Shown: piece after piece, positions 48,648-57,208 of the stretch
Position numbering within the stretch: position 1 is the first letter of the stretch
Layout of the letters: each line of letters opens with the position of its first letter
Assembly (NCBI GenBank): GCA_023436245.1
Contig: JAEZJZ010000030.1
Location: 91-64,090, forward strand
From: Bacillota bacterium
GTDB lineage: Bacteria > Bacillota > UBA994 > UBA5500
DNA: 64,000 bases
Direction of reading: 5' to 3'
Notes under the pieces: generated by a model
Database searches by the model: none
Told to the model about the DNA's origin: nothing
The model's input: the letters and a program-made list of their open reading frames with translations, nothing else
Program-made: the position numbers and the translations under genes

Positions 48648-49796
48648 CTAGAGCAGGCTGCTGACCCAGTTGAAGATCAGGGGATTGATCAAGGTGATCA
48701 TCCAGGCTCCTACCACAGGAACAACGAAGGTAACCAGCGGCGCTGGCGAGTTCTGTTCCTGGATGTTCTGCAGAGTGGCCATCGTGTTCGGCGGCATGCC
48801 GATGGCAAACCCCGGCAGGCCGGCAGCTATCAGCGCCGCCATCCTGTCCCGCCCAAAGAGAGCGGGAACCACAAAAAGGGATATCCCGAGCACCAGCAGG
48901 ATCTGCAGGAAGACGAGCATCCACGCCCCGGCCGTCAGCACACCCAGCTTGCTGAGGTCAAGGTTCATAAACGCGATGGCCAAAGTGATGGAGAGGGAAA
49001 TGTTGCCCAGCGTATTGATGTAATTCAAGTCAAGCCGAGGGTGACCGGATAAATCATCCACGATGCGCCAGGCGCTCGCCGCCGCCAAAGCCCCGGCGAA
49101 GGCCGGGAAGTAAGGCATCAGTTTGGGCACGAGCAACTGTCCGATGGTCACGACCACTAGATAGGCGGCCAGATGCGACAGCAGCGCCGGCGGGTTGATC
49201 GGGGACGGGCTCGGTGGGCTAGCTGGCCGCTGACGGTTGCCCTTGGTCAAGAGGGCGTACAGCGGACCTCCCAGGAACCCACCGAGCAGCAGGCCCAAAG
49301 TAGCGACAGCCCCGAGCAATGGCAATTGGCTCGCTGCTCCCTGTCCGGCCAGCACGGGGACGGCCAGGGGTTGGAGGGCCATTCCTCCCATGTGTCCGCT
49401 GCCGACGAGCAGACCGGCAGTGCGCGACAGACCGACCAGCGGCCCGAGCAGCAAGCCGGACAGCTTCTGCAGGAATGCCACACCGACCGTTACTACCAGA
49501 AAGAGCAGCACCTTCGGCAGCCCCTCCCGCAATAGTTTAGCGCTGGCCCGAAAGCCGATGGAAGCGAAAAAGCCTGCAAAGAAGATGGGCTGCAAAGTCG
49601 CATCCAACTGCACTGAGACTATCCCTTGACTGCCGAGCAAGTAGCGTGCTGCTGCAAACAGCAATCCTCCCACCACTGGGGCGGGTATGTAGTAGCGCCG
49701 GAGCAAGTCCACCCGCTTGGTCAGGCAATAGCCGAGTTGCAGTACCAGCAGCGCTACCGCAAGGGTCTGCAATGGACTGAGTGCAAGTGTCTGCAT
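48648..49796 (-). CDS. gltS: sodium/glutamate symporter GltS family
   Basis: Start MQTLALSPLQTLAVALLVLQLG; about 12 TM helices; the upstream in-frame ORF extension is rejected. Confidence 0.65.
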   Translation of the reverse strand: MQTLALSPLQTLAVALLVLQLGYCLTKRVDLLRRYYIPAPVVGGLLFAAARYLLGSQGIVSVQLDATLQPIFFAGFFASIGFRASAKLLREGLPKVLLFLVVTVGVAFLQKLSGLLLGPLVGLSRTAGLLVGSGHMGGMALQPLAVPVLAGQGAASQLPLLGAVATLGLLLGGFLGGPLYALLTKGNRQRPASPPSPSPINPPALLSHLAAYLVVVTIGQLLVPKLMPYFPAFAGALAAASAWRIVDDLSGHPRLDLNYINTLGNISLSITLAIAFMNLDLSKLGVLTAGAWMLVFLQILLVLGISLFVVPALFGRDRMAALIAAGLPGFAIGMPPNTMATLQNIQEQNSPAPLVTFVVPVVGAWMITLINPLIFNWVSSLL

Positions 49797-49798
49797 GC

Positions 49799-50257
49799 TT
49801 ACTTTGCCTCGGAGCTGAGGAAGCGGTCCATCACCCAGGCAGCAACCTGACCGGTGATCTTGACGCAATGTGCTTTGCGCTCCGGGCTGCCAAACTCGGG
49901 GAAGCTCGAGGTGATCACTCTGCAACAGGTGGCTCCGTACTCGGAGATAATGTAGTCATGCAGGTCTGCCGCAGCCGGAAAACTGTCTGGCATGGGAGCG
50001 CCTGGCTCGGTGCGCCCATATTTCATCCCCAGTGCCATGACGCCGCCGCTGATCGCTCCACAGACGCAACCTGACTTGCCGATGCCAATGGGGAACCCAG
50101 AAGCCATGCGCACGATCTCCTTGGGGAATGGTGAGCCCAGCAGCTCATTGATGGTGGCTACGACCGCCTCTGAACAGAAGTAGCCGCCGGAACGGAAGTA
50201 CTCCTCCGCCATGTCTCTCGCCTGGTCCACCAGGACCAGTTTCTCTTCATTAGTCAT
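49799..50257 (-). CDS. C_GCAxxG_C_C family redox protein
   Basis: CSEAVV...GCVCGAISGGVMALG...CC signature; stop 2 nt before the gltS start. Confidence 0.65.
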   Translation of the reverse strand: MTNEEKLVLVDQARDMAEEYFRSGGYFCSEAVVATINELLGSPFPKEIVRMASGFPIGIGKSGCVCGAISGGVMALGMKYGRTEPGAPMPDSFPAAADLHDYIISEYGATCCRVITSSFPEFGSPERKAHCVKITGQVAAWVMDRFLSSEAK

Positions 50258-50299
50258 CTATTAACGACCTCCTACCGCCAATTGGGCTCGATAGTGCTG

Positions 50300-50329
50300 A
50301 TTATAGGTATGGAGAGATGTGTATGTCAA
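50300..50329 (-). promoter_or_regulatory. consensus sigma-A promoter for the C_GCAxxG-gltS operon
   Basis: Minus strand TTGACA, 18-nt spacer, TATAAT, about 45 nt upstream of the GGAGG RBS. Confidence 0.6.
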
Positions 50330-50402
50330 TGACTAATGTGAACCATGACTGATCCTAATGCATGGGCGATTGTAGCATAAGGCAGGGTTATGAGCGGCTG
50401 CC

Positions 50403-50609
50403 CTAGGCAGCCGCCTTAACAGCAGCAGCCAGTTGCTCCATTGGGGAAGGAGTATGGTAGATGAGGCCGGCCTGCTCGGGATAGTGCTGTTTGATCAATC
50501 CCAAGAACGCAGGACAGCAGGAGGTGGTCATCACCGGATCGCCAGCCGCTCGCCGGGCCAAATACTCGCTGCCCTCATCGCGCGCCACTTTCTCCGTGCC
50601 CTGCGCCAC
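50403..50609 (-). pseudogene. relic of a [FeFe]-hydrogenase H-cluster domain (isolated 68-aa fragment)
   Basis: ...VMTTSCCPAFLGLIKQHYPEQ...SPMEQLAAAVKAA matches the HydA L1 motif FTSCCPGW..YPEL...SPQQM; no upstream or downstream continuation (83-nt and 145-nt gaps). Confidence 0.5.
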
Positions 50610-50692
50610 CTAGTCGGCCACGTCAAAAAGCGAGCCTCCCCGAAACTCAGGGGAAGGCTCGCTTTGGACCGGCTATGGCGTTGTTAAGCTCC

Positions 50693-51562
50693 CTAGAGAG
50701 ACAACTCCATTCCCTCGCGTGCGACATGAAACCCGCGTCCGAGCAACTCGTGCATTTCGGGACCGTGTGCAGCAAGCAGAGGATTTGTGTGATTCAGGTG
50801 AAAGAAGTAAATCCCGGTGTGGCCAGCGTCGACCACTGGTTGCAGCCGGTCCATGGTGTCGCGGATCAGTGGGTGGGGAATCTGAGAGTAATCCCTGCCG
50901 CGCGCGGACAGTTCGTCTGTCGAGAAGAAGGTGCCATCCAGGAAGAGATAGTCAAAGTCCTTCGCAACGTCCAGCAACGAGCGTTCCCACTGCTCCCACC
51001 GATCCAGGTCCGGCAGAAAGAGCAGCCTGTGCCTGGGGCCGGACACCTGGAAAGCGAAAGTCTCAGCGAACTCGTTGCGGTGCGGGACCAACCAAGGCGT
51101 GATGCTCAGTCCTGACGGCAACCGAACAGGATGATCCGGTTGCAGTGTCTGCAAGCTGATGTTGCCTAGGTCCACCAACTGACTCCAAGGTGCAGATGAG
51201 CGGATTAGGTTCTCCAAGCCTGCGCCTGCCCAGACGGGAACCTCCTGGGCGGAGATCGCCTCTTTCCCGAGGTACATCAGCCCCGCGTAGTGACCAATGT
51301 GGGCGTGAGTAAGAAAGACCCCATTCATCAGCCCGAGTTCCGGAGACGTTGCGTGCAGCAAGGCTAGCTGTTCCGGCAGATCGGGAGTCGCCTCCAGCAG
51401 ATACCATCGCTTTTCTCCCGGGAGAATAAGAGCCATGGCGGCGGCGTAACGCCGGTTCGCCGTGTGCTGCCGCGCTGCCTGGCAGTGATCGCAATAGCAG
51501 TTTGCTTGGGGCACCCCAGCATCTTGGGCCGTGCCCAGAATCTTCACCCGGATGTTCTCCAC
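50693..51562 (-). CDS. MBL-fold metallo-hydrolase, PqqB-like
   Basis: MENIRVKILGTAQDAGVPQANCYCDHC N-terminus is very similar to PqqB (LGSAAGGGFPQWNCNC); HxHxDH-type motif THAHIGH. Confidence 0.6.
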   Translation of the reverse strand: MENIRVKILGTAQDAGVPQANCYCDHCQAARQHTANRRYAAAMALILPGEKRWYLLEATPDLPEQLALLHATSPELGLMNGVFLTHAHIGHYAGLMYLGKEAISAQEVPVWAGAGLENLIRSSAPWSQLVDLGNISLQTLQPDHPVRLPSGLSITPWLVPHRNEFAETFAFQVSGPRHRLLFLPDLDRWEQWERSLLDVAKDFDYLFLDGTFFSTDELSARGRDYSQIPHPLIRDTMDRLQPVVDAGHTGIYFFHLNHTNPLLAAHGPEMHELLGRGFHVAREGMELSL

Positions 51563-51665
51563 AGGTCAACCTCCCTGATCGAGACTTGCAGACCGATCCC
51601 GCTCAACATTAGCTTACCAGTTCGGGCTAAGTTGCGCATTAGGCAGGCGCCAACCTGGCAATGGC

Positions 51666-53114
51666 CTAAACGCCCTCACCCAGGTCGTTCTGAAACTTGG
51701 CCACCAGATGCACCTGCCAATCGGAGACCGGCTGCAGGCGCCCGAAAAAGAAGCGGAGAGTGGCCGGCTCCTCAGTGAAGACTAGCCCTTCCACCATCTG
51801 TCGATTCTCAAATAGCCAAACGACGCGGTCGATGGCGTACTTCACCTGGGAGAGCGTGAAGACGCGTCGCGGCAGGGCCAGTCTCACCAACTCCAAAGCA
51901 GAGAAGACCTCATCTCCGGCGGGAGTGCGTTGCTCAGACAGGGTACCGCGTTCCATGCCGCGAATGCCGCCTGCTAAGTAGAGCGCCGCGGCCAGCGCCC
52001 CGGCCGGGTACTGGCCTTGCGGTACGTGAGGCAAGAAGGCGCTGGCATCGAGATGACAGCCCAGCCCTCCAGCCGGCGTGACCACAGGCACGCCCTGCGC
52101 CTGCAGCTGCTCCACCATGTAGCGAATGAACTCGGGCCCCTGGCTGATCATGTCTTCATCCATCGTCTCCTCCAAGCCGACCGTCATCGCTTCCATCTCG
52201 CGCACTGACATCCCGCCATAGGTGAGGAAGCCTTCGAAGAGTGGAATCATCTCGCGCAGCTGCAGGAAGGTCTGCTCGTCTCGCAGGCAGATGCCGCCGC
52301 CGCGGGCACAGCCCAGCTTGCGACCCGAGAAGTAGAGGATGTCGCAGAGGTCGGCAATCTGGCGTGTGATCTCGCGAATGCTCAAATAGGCGCAGCCGGC
52401 TTCCCGCTGCTTGATGAAGTAGAGGTTGTCGGCCAACAGACTGGCATCAAGCACCAGCGTCAGCTGATGCTGGTCACAAACCTGGCGCACTGCGCGCAGG
52501 TTCTCCAGCGAGAAGGGCTGGCCGCCAATCAGGTTACCGCCCGCCTCCATGCGCACGAAAGCGACCTGTTGCCTACCTTCACGTTCAATGAGCGCCTGCA
52601 GTGCGGCGACGTCAATGTTGCCTTTGAACTGGTGATTGCTGGTCACCTGCAGGCTCTCCGGCAGGAGCAGTTCCTCCACCCACCCTCCGCGCAGGGTGAT
52701 ATGCGCCTTGGTGGTGGTGAAGTGCACGTTCATCGGCACAACCATACCCGGGCGGACGAACACCTGTGCCAAGAGGTGCTCGCAGGCACGACCCTGATGG
52801 GTAGGCAGGAAGTGCTGGAAGGCAAACAGCTCCTGCAGCTTCTCCTCGAGACGCGTAAAGGTTGAGCTGCCGGCATAGCTGTCGTCAGCCAGCATCATTG
52901 CTGCCTGCTGGCGATCGCTCATGGCATTTACGCCGCTATCGGTGAGCATATCCAGAAAGATGTCGCGATTCTGCAGCAGGAAGGTATTGTTTCCAGCCGC
53001 ACTGATGGCTTGCAGCCGCTGCTTCGCCGGCAGCAGCTCTAGCTTCTGCACGATTCGCACCTTGTGCATTTCCAGGGGCAGCGATTCGCCGCTCCAAAAG
53101 GTTACTCTACTCAT
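51666..53114 (-). CDS. beta-eliminating lyase (tryptophanase / tyrosine phenol-lyase family)
   Basis: MSRVTFWSGESLPLEMHKVRIVQKLEL...; PLP-lysine region FSGRKLGCARGGGI resembles TPL MSGKKDCLVNIGGFL; AAGGAGGAAT RBS before ATG at 53114. Confidence 0.8.
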   Translation of the reverse strand: MSRVTFWSGESLPLEMHKVRIVQKLELLPAKQRLQAISAAGNNTFLLQNRDIFLDMLTDSGVNAMSDRQQAAMMLADDSYAGSSTFTRLEEKLQELFAFQHFLPTHQGRACEHLLAQVFVRPGMVVPMNVHFTTTKAHITLRGGWVEELLLPESLQVTSNHQFKGNIDVAALQALIEREGRQQVAFVRMEAGGNLIGGQPFSLENLRAVRQVCDQHQLTLVLDASLLADNLYFIKQREAGCAYLSIREITRQIADLCDILYFSGRKLGCARGGGICLRDEQTFLQLREMIPLFEGFLTYGGMSVREMEAMTVGLEETMDEDMISQGPEFIRYMVEQLQAQGVPVVTPAGGLGCHLDASAFLPHVPQGQYPAGALAAALYLAGGIRGMERGTLSEQRTPAGDEVFSALELVRLALPRRVFTLSQVKYAIDRVVWLFENRQMVEGLVFTEEPATLRFFFGRLQPVSDWQVHLVAKFQNDLGEGV

Positions 53115-53480
53115 TGGATGATTCCTCCTTCGTTTTTTTACTAGATTGCCAGTAACGTACGGATAGTCGACATCCAATGGAACCACCCCCTTCATGCAAA
53201 AACCCCGCCCTTTGAAAACTCAAAGGGCGGGGTTAACCGCGTTACCACCAATGTTCATCGGCACTTCACAGTGCCAACCTCGTCAAGTACGCTGCCTGCG
53301 GCAGTTATACCCTAGCGCTGTAACGGGCGCGGGCCCCGGCACGGCCTACTGGGGGGACCCCGTTCAGCCTGCAACTCGCGAGATGTATTCAGAGCCGGCC
53401 CCCTCGCACCTCTCAGCAACCGGTAGCTTTCTGTCAGGTGGCGCTTGGCTCTTACTGGTTCTCGGTCAACGTCTTTGTTA
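53115..53480 (-). promoter_or_regulatory. candidate T-box riboswitch leader of the lyase gene
   Basis: Transcript from a consensus promoter (53487-53514); T-box-like CAUUGGUGGUAACGCGG (consensus AGGGUGGNACCGCGG, UGGU bulge) lies immediately 5' of the terminator 53199-53235; about 80 nt from terminator to start codon. Confidence 0.5.
53199..53235 (-). terminator. intrinsic terminator within the T-box leader
   Basis: Minus strand AACCCCGCCCUUUG-aguuuuc-AAAGGGCGGGGUU followed by UUUUGCAUG. Confidence 0.8.
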
Positions 53481-53486
53481 TTTGGT

Positions 53487-53514
53487 ATTATAGCCGTTCT
53501 GGCGTTGCTGTCAA
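53487..53514 (-). promoter_or_regulatory. consensus sigma-A promoter (TTGACA-16-TATAAT) on the minus strand
   Basis: rc of 53509-53514 is TTGACA; rc of 53487-53492 is TATAAT. Confidence 0.65.
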
Positions 53515-53533
53515 CCACCGTTTTCTGACTATT

Positions 53534-54190
53534 GCACTTGACGTCGATGTGGATATCCAACCGCAAGCCGACTGTAGGGCACCAACAACATTTGGACACA
53601 GCGAAGGCAGCATGCTCACCACAGTCTATGCTGCCAGACATGAGCTGGCGGGCGCGATCCTGCTGGCGGGAGCCAACGAGAGCCTGGCGGAAGCCACGGC
53701 ACGCCAGCGGCAACTCGCTTACGCGGAACTGATGAGCCGGCCGGGCCTGAAGGGCTGGCTGTTCCGCAAGTTGCGCGTTGACATCAAGGGTGAGAAACAA
53801 GCACAGGGGCTACTGAACAGAATGGTCGCGTCCAAGGAAGATGTGATCAGGGTCCAGTTCAAGCCTATGAACGCCAAGTGGTTCCGCGAGCACTTCCAGC
53901 ATGACATCAAGACCGACTTAGCCAATGTCACCTGCCCCGTGCTGGCGATTACCGGCTCCAGCGATCTGCAGGCCGACCCCGAGCGCTTGCGTGGAATCAA
54001 GCAAAGTAACATCCGTTGGCACATCGTGGAGCAGATGAATCACGCTCTGCGTGAGGAGAGCAGTCCCTCGGTGCTCAAGGCGAAGGACTCCTTCCTGGTC
54101 TGCGCCACACAGCCGGTACACCCGGGGCTGAAGGCGCTGTTGGCGGAGTGGTTGGCCCAGTTCCAAGGTTCCGCGCCGCGTACGGAGTGA
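53534..54190 (+). pseudogene. N-terminally truncated alpha/beta hydrolase (nucleophile elbow GHSEGS retained; upstream ~60 aa missing)
   Basis: Homology begins right after the minus-strand promoter; the ORF-track N-terminus (MALGSYWFSVNVFVIWYY) is non-homologous read-through of the leader region. Confidence 0.45.
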
Positions 54191-54257
54191 AGCTGCTAGT
54201 ATCTGAGGACAGAGGAGAGGCTGGCGACACCAGCCTCTCCTCTGTTTGTCTCTGCAG

Positions 54258-55340
54258 CTATCTGCTCTCCAACAGATATGCGTAGATGCTTTGCCATGAT
54301 CGCTTGGCCCGGTAGGTCTTGATCCGATCCTTCAGCACCGCCGTTTGGCGCAGTCCGGCGCCGTCGATCAGTCGCTCCAGGTTGATGATCGCCTGACTGC
54401 CCGAGTTATCGGCGTAACCCACAACCACCTGACCGCCCGAGTTAAGGTGGCCGGGGCACTGCTCCAAAAAGCGCCTGATGGTTTGTTGTCCGGGATCGTT
54501 GAGTGCCAACTCGGCCCGGTTATGCGCCGGAGCCACCACCCAGGGGGCATTGAAGATGATCAGGTCAAACCGCTGGCCGGAGAGCTGCTGAAACAGGTCT
54601 CCTGGATCGCCGATCTGGACGGCGGAAGCGCCAGGCTGCCCCCCGCCTGCCAGCCGCTCGACATTGAGGCGAGTGGTGGCTAACGCTTCAGGCAGGATAT
54701 CTGAGGCCATAATCTGCGGGGCAAGATGCCGCAGAAGCTGCCAGGCAGCAATCGTCAGCACCCCTGACCCACAACCCATGTCCAAGACGCGCGCGTTCAC
54801 CGGCAGACTGCAACCGGCTTGGCGGATCGCGCTGCAGACTAGCTGCAGTGTCGGCTCCGATTTCGGCGCCAGCACGTCCGGATGAACCAGCAGGTCGGAG
54901 GCAATGGTTGGCACGACGCAGCGCGTCTCCGACATTCCCGCAATCACCGCGGCCTCCTGTATCGGGATGAGCAGCGGCAAAGGGGGCAAGTCGCGTTCTC
55001 CCAGCAATCCAGCGATATCCAGTCCTGGACCGGCTGAGACCTGCCCAGCGAGCGTGAGCATGCGTTGCCGCAGTTGGCGTGAAGCCAGCTTGCGTCCACG
55101 CGCGTCAGAAGTCCGAGGCAGCAGCTCATACTCACTGTCCAACAACCGGGACACGACTTGCTGAGCTAGTTCCAGGGATCCGTCAAAAACCACGTTGCCA
55201 CCATTCTTCAGGTAGCGGCGCGCCTGATTGAGTACATCCTTGTCCATGGCGAACAGGCGAAACTCCCCGCCGGCTGCACCGGAAAACTTCTCTGGCAAAC
55301 AGGCCGAACCCAACCGGCTGACATGTACAATCAATGACAT
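54258..55340 (-). CDS. class I SAM-dependent methyltransferase (HemK/N5-glutamine-MTase-like, NAPW motif) with N-terminal extra domain
   Basis: VLDMGCGSGVL motif I, FDLIIFNAPW motif IV; GGAGGA RBS before ATG at 55340. Confidence 0.6.
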   Translation of the reverse strand: MSLIVHVSRLGSACLPEKFSGAAGGEFRLFAMDKDVLNQARRYLKNGGNVVFDGSLELAQQVVSRLLDSEYELLPRTSDARGRKLASRQLRQRMLTLAGQVSAGPGLDIAGLLGERDLPPLPLLIPIQEAAVIAGMSETRCVVPTIASDLLVHPDVLAPKSEPTLQLVCSAIRQAGCSLPVNARVLDMGCGSGVLTIAAWQLLRHLAPQIMASDILPEALATTRLNVERLAGGGQPGASAVQIGDPGDLFQQLSGQRFDLIIFNAPWVVAPAHNRAELALNDPGQQTIRRFLEQCPGHLNSGGQVVVGYADNSGSQAIINLERLIDGAGLRQTAVLKDRIKTYRAKRSWQSIYAYLLESR

Positions 55341-55596
55341 TTTCCATCCTCCTTTGTCTTTCCCGCATCGAGCAACTAGGAAAGACAAGGAGGAGGGCGA
55401 GCATATCCGGAAACACAAATAGTCGTCGAAACGATCGTCCCACGACTACAGATGAAACCTAGATTATGGCTTCGGGATCAAGATCAACTAGGGCTGTTCA
55501 TCGGCTGACTCTTTCTAGGAGCGCTCACTCTATGCTGCCAACGAGCGCTCACCCCTATTCTAGCACGGGCAGGCGGAGTCAAGCCAGAATAGAACA

Positions 55597-55630
55597 ATGA
55601 AAGGGACACTCCGCCTGGAGTGCCCCTTGT
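55597..55630 (-). terminator. intrinsic terminator downstream of the MCP gene
   Basis: Minus strand GGGGCACUCC-aggc-GGAGUGUCCC then UUUCAUUGUUCUAUUCU. Confidence 0.55.
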
Positions 55631-55770
55631 CAAGTCGGTATCATTCCGGGCGGCTGAGTGTGGCCTTTAGTCGCTCGTAGTCGTCTGGAAGACGTAACAG
55701 GGCGTGCCTTGGCAAATAGCACATTCAGACCTCCGAAGATCGCTCGTGAGCCTTTGCGAGGTCATGCCTA

Positions 55771-57130
55771 CTAAATCTTGAACTTGGCCACTAGGGAACT
55801 GAGTCGCTCGGCCATCTCTGCCTGGGCTTGAGCCGTCTTCGACATCTCGTCCAAGGCTTGGGTCGTTTCCGAGACATTATTGCTGATCTCCTGGGAGGAG
55901 GCAGTGGATTGCTCAACTGCTGCCGCCACGCCTTCGATGGCGATGTTCACCTCAGTGACAGAGGATGATATCTGATCAGCGACCTCCGCAAACTCCTCAA
56001 CCAGAGTCTTCACCGCACGCGCATCAGATGCGTATTGATCGCCTGTCTGCACGAGCATCTCATAGTCAGGAGTGACCTTGTCATCGATGAACTGCAGAAT
56101 CTGCCCCGCATTATTCATCAAGCGGTCAACCGTCGCTTTTACCTGTGCAATCACGCGCTGAATACCGCTCGCCGTTTCGGCTGAGTTCTGGGCCAGCTTT
56201 CGCACTTCCTCGGCGACCACGGCAAATCCACGGCCTTGTTCCCCTGCCCGAGCCGCTTCGATCGCGGCGTTCAGCGCCAGCAGGTTGGTCTGCGACGCAA
56301 TGCTGGTGATCACGTCGGCCATAGCAGCTATCTCCTCGACCACTTTCGCCTCCTCGATAGCCTGCCTGATACCGATCTGCTTGTCCTGATACACTTGCAG
56401 CGCTGTCTCTTTGGAGGCTTGCGCATGTTGCATCATTTGGGAAGCACGCTGTTCGATCTCGCCGGCAGTAGCGCGTCCATCGACAGTCCGAGCCGCCAAT
56501 TGCTTAGCCAGATTGAGTATGCCCGCCCCGGCCGCGGCGACCTCTTCCGTGGCCGCGCTATTCTCCTCCATGCCTGCGGCGATCTGCAGGACAGCGTCAT
56601 CAATGTGCTCGCTCTGTGCGCTCGCTTCTTGCACGGTTGCGGATAGTTGCGGCCCGCGCCAGTCCCCCAATTTCATCACGGCGGCGAGCATACTCCACCG
56701 CGACCGAACCAGTGAAGTCCCCATTGGCAGTGGTGGATTCAAACTGGTGCGAAACTGTCGTAATCGGTCTGGCGATTCCTCGACCAATGAGGACCGTCAC
56801 TGCGGCAAGAATGAGTAGCGCCGCAACGGCAACGATCATTAACGTACTCAGGGTGTGCCTCACCCCTGCCAGTACCTCGGCGGTCGGGACCACGACGGCA
56901 AAAGCCCAAGGGGTCGCTGCTCTACCGATCTGCAGCGGGACAATTACCTTGTGCACTTCCTTGTCGAGACTAGATGATTGGTCTAGGGTGGTGTACGACT
57001 CACCAGCCAAGATGGCAAGGTCAATGCCCACCGCTCCAACCACGCGAGAACCCACCTGGATCGAGTGCCCTGGTATCTTGCGGCTACGAGAGCCTTCCCT
57101 GATGTGGAAACACATTACATCAGACGATGC
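55771..57130 (-). pseudogene. methyl-accepting chemotaxis protein, frameshifted and N-terminally truncated (partial Cache, TM, HAMP, MA domains)
   Basis: Track ORF 55771-56787 carries the MA signalling domain; ORF 56600-57667 (part below about 57130) carries the Cache C-terminus, TM helix and HAMP (DEIGGLA); frames join at a C5 run near 56645-56667; the region upstream of about 57130 is antisense to the AKR gene. Confidence 0.5.
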
Positions 57131-57208
57131 AGGAGCCAACGACTCCACTATTGAATGTTCTAGTAACAACTGCGGGCGGCGGCGCCCGCAAGAGCAGGGA
57201 GGGTCATC

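Noticed and set aside
53241-53470. Possible housekeeping small RNA (SRP/6S/tmRNA/RNase P) on the minus strand
   Set aside because: None of the hallmark motifs were found (SRP domain IV GGAA-GCAG, tmRNA tRNA-like ends, RNase P GGAAAGUCCGG). The T-box-like sequence abutting the terminator and the position in front of a gene favour a cis-regulatory leader.
53312-53800. 162-aa minus-strand ORF spanning the lyase leader and promoter
   Set aside because: It crosses the promoter, T-box sequence and terminator. It has no RBS and an Arg/Ala-rich composition. The region is better explained as non-coding leader.
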